A stretch of 64,000 nucleotides of DNA from NCBI GenBank assembly GCA_963817435.1, contig CAWFNY010000001.1, positions 503,831 through 567,830 of the forward strand. Direction: 5' to 3'. Both the position numbers and the translations under genes were made by a program. The stretch's first letter is position 1. Each line of letters starts with the position of its first letter. The notes beneath the pieces were generated by a model. The model saw only the letters and a program-made list of their open reading frames with translations, made no database searches and was not told where the DNA came from. The stretch comes from an uncultured Gemmatimonadales bacterium. GTDB taxonomy: Bacteria > Gemmatimonadota > Gemmatimonadetes > Gemmatimonadales > GWC2-71-9. Shown in pieces: positions 62,851 to 64,000 of this stretch.

Positions 62851-64000
62851 ATGCGGACGACTCTGCTTTCCGGCGCCCGCCGCAGCGCATTGCTTGCCCT
62901 GGTGGCCACTGGCCTCCTTGCGGGGTGCGGCACTTTCAACATCACCGATCCGAACAATCCGACGCTCGATGACCTGGTGAAGAATCCCACCAAGGCCAAG
63001 CTGGCGGTGGCCGCAACTGGCCTCTTCATCGGGGCGCGGAGCGATGCCGTGGACGTGATATGGCGCTACGGCTCGATGGGCCGCGAGGGAGCCAACCTCG
63101 CCGGCAACAACCAGCCCGACTACCAGGAGCCGTTCTTCGGCCCGCTCAGCACGACGCAGTTCGGTTCCGCCGTCTGGTCGGGCCGGTACCAGAACATCCG
63201 GAGCATCAACACCTACCTGGACGCCGTGCCGCGGGCGCCCGACATGACCGCCGAGGAGCGTGCGGCCTCGATCGGGTTCGCCAGGACCCTCCGGGCGCTG
63301 GCCTTCCTTCCCCTCGTCGCCGGTCACGGGTCTCTCGGCGCTCCGGTGGATGTCGATCATCCGCTGAGTGCCACACCGGCCCCGTTCGTGAGCGAGGACA
63401 GCGTGTACGGGTACATCATCGCCGAGCTCGATGCGGCACGGGACAGCCTTGCGGCCGGGGGCACGGGATTCCCGTTCCGCATGCCCACCGGCTTCACGGG
63501 CTTCGACACGCCGGCGACGCTCATCCTCGTCAACCGCGCCCTCGCCGCGAAGGCGTGGGTGTTCCGGGCCACGGCGACGCCAGCCTGCGCGGCGACCTGC
63601 TATGCCAACGCGCTCACGGCGCTGTCGCAGTCCTTCATCACCAGCAATCCGGCGGACTTCAGGGTCGGGGCGTACTTCGATTTCTCCAACAAACCGGGCG
63701 ACGTGCTCAACGAGCTCTCCGAGACGCTCGATGGCACGACGTACTTCGCTTTCAACAACACGCTGGACGATGCCCAGTTGCAGCCGGGCGGGGCGCCGGA
63801 CCAGCGGGCGCTCGACAAGCTGGCGACGATCGACCCGAACGACACCACGGTCAGCTATTCGCTGTCCGGGTTCCCCATCGCCCCCAACCGCAAGTTCTCG
63901 GTGTACTTCACCGGGGGGCAGCCGGACCAGAACGCGCCGATTCCCATCATCCGGGACGAGGAGCTGGTGCTGCTCCGGGCGGAAGCGAACATCGGGCTCA
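62851..64000 (+). CDS. SusD/RagB-like outer-membrane lipoprotein; 3' end outside window
   Basis: ATG lies 2 nt after the SusC-like stop. Lipobox LLAGC. The frame stays open to the window end (not in the ORF track because it never terminates). Called on position and general helical content. Confidence 0.65.
   Translation, partial: MRTTLLSGARRSALLALVATGLLAGCGTFNITDPNNPTLDDLVKNPTKAKLAVAATGLFIGARSDAVDVIWRYGSMGREGANLAGNNQPDYQEPFFGPLSTTQFGSAVWSGRYQNIRSINTYLDAVPRAPDMTAEERAASIGFARTLRALAFLPLVAGHGSLGAPVDVDHPLSATPAPFVSEDSVYGYIIAELDAARDSLAAGGTGFPFRMPTGFTGFDTPATLILVNRALAAKAWVFRATATPACAATCYANALTALSQSFITSNPADFRVGAYFDFSNKPGDVLNELSETLDGTTYFAFNNTLDDAQLQPGGAPDQRALDKLATIDPNDTTVSYSLSGFPIAPNRKFSVYFTGGQPDQNAPIPIIRDEELVLLRAEANIGL

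Overview
High-GC bacterial chromosomal window. Hand-sampled lines are roughly 65-70% G+C, and I cannot establish the taxon from the sequence alone. About 55 kb is ordinary core genome. It includes an acyl-CoA/AtuA-like catabolic cluster, recQ, rng-rplU-rpmA, and a secreted amidohydrolase/M16 operon. It also holds an ECF sigma/anti-sigma module followed by nfeD-floA, ppa, tRNA-Leu(CAA), and a sulfur-related neighbourhood (rhodanese, MTase, YeiH/LysR, SUOX-type oxidoreductase). Further along come pepA, yicC-gmk-rpoZ-coaBC-udg, dnaB-radA-ispD, aroE, gap-pgk-tpiA-secG, carA, HU/IHF, moaDEA, trmL and a SusC/SusD-like pair that runs off the 3' edge. No rRNA or CRISPR array was seen.

The standout is a ~4 kb, visibly lower-GC accessory island between udg and dnaB (about 42.2-46.4 kb). 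It carries a XerC/D-type tyrosine recombinase and two identical 22-bp sites (8-bp inverted arms around a 6-bp spacer). Both sites lie inside Rhs core-end coding sequence. The island also holds an orphan Rhs C-terminal toxin tip with an unrecognised ~76-aa domain, a 213-aa candidate immunity gene, a truncated Imm11/DUF1629-like fragment and a vapBC module lying between the two sites. I propose, as inference only, that this is a recombinase-associated toxin-tip/immunity cassette array.

Other items worth a second look:
- Two copies of an intergenic element built from 8-bp tandem repeats with inverted arms.
- Two homopurine GGGAAGA-type tracts placed directly after stop codons.
- An M16 peptidase pair in which the HxxEH zinc motif reads RxxER.
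- Low-complexity tails on TrmL, PPase and SecG.
- Six +1 frameshifts between 46 and 55 kb, all at short homopolymers, which are most likely assembly errors.
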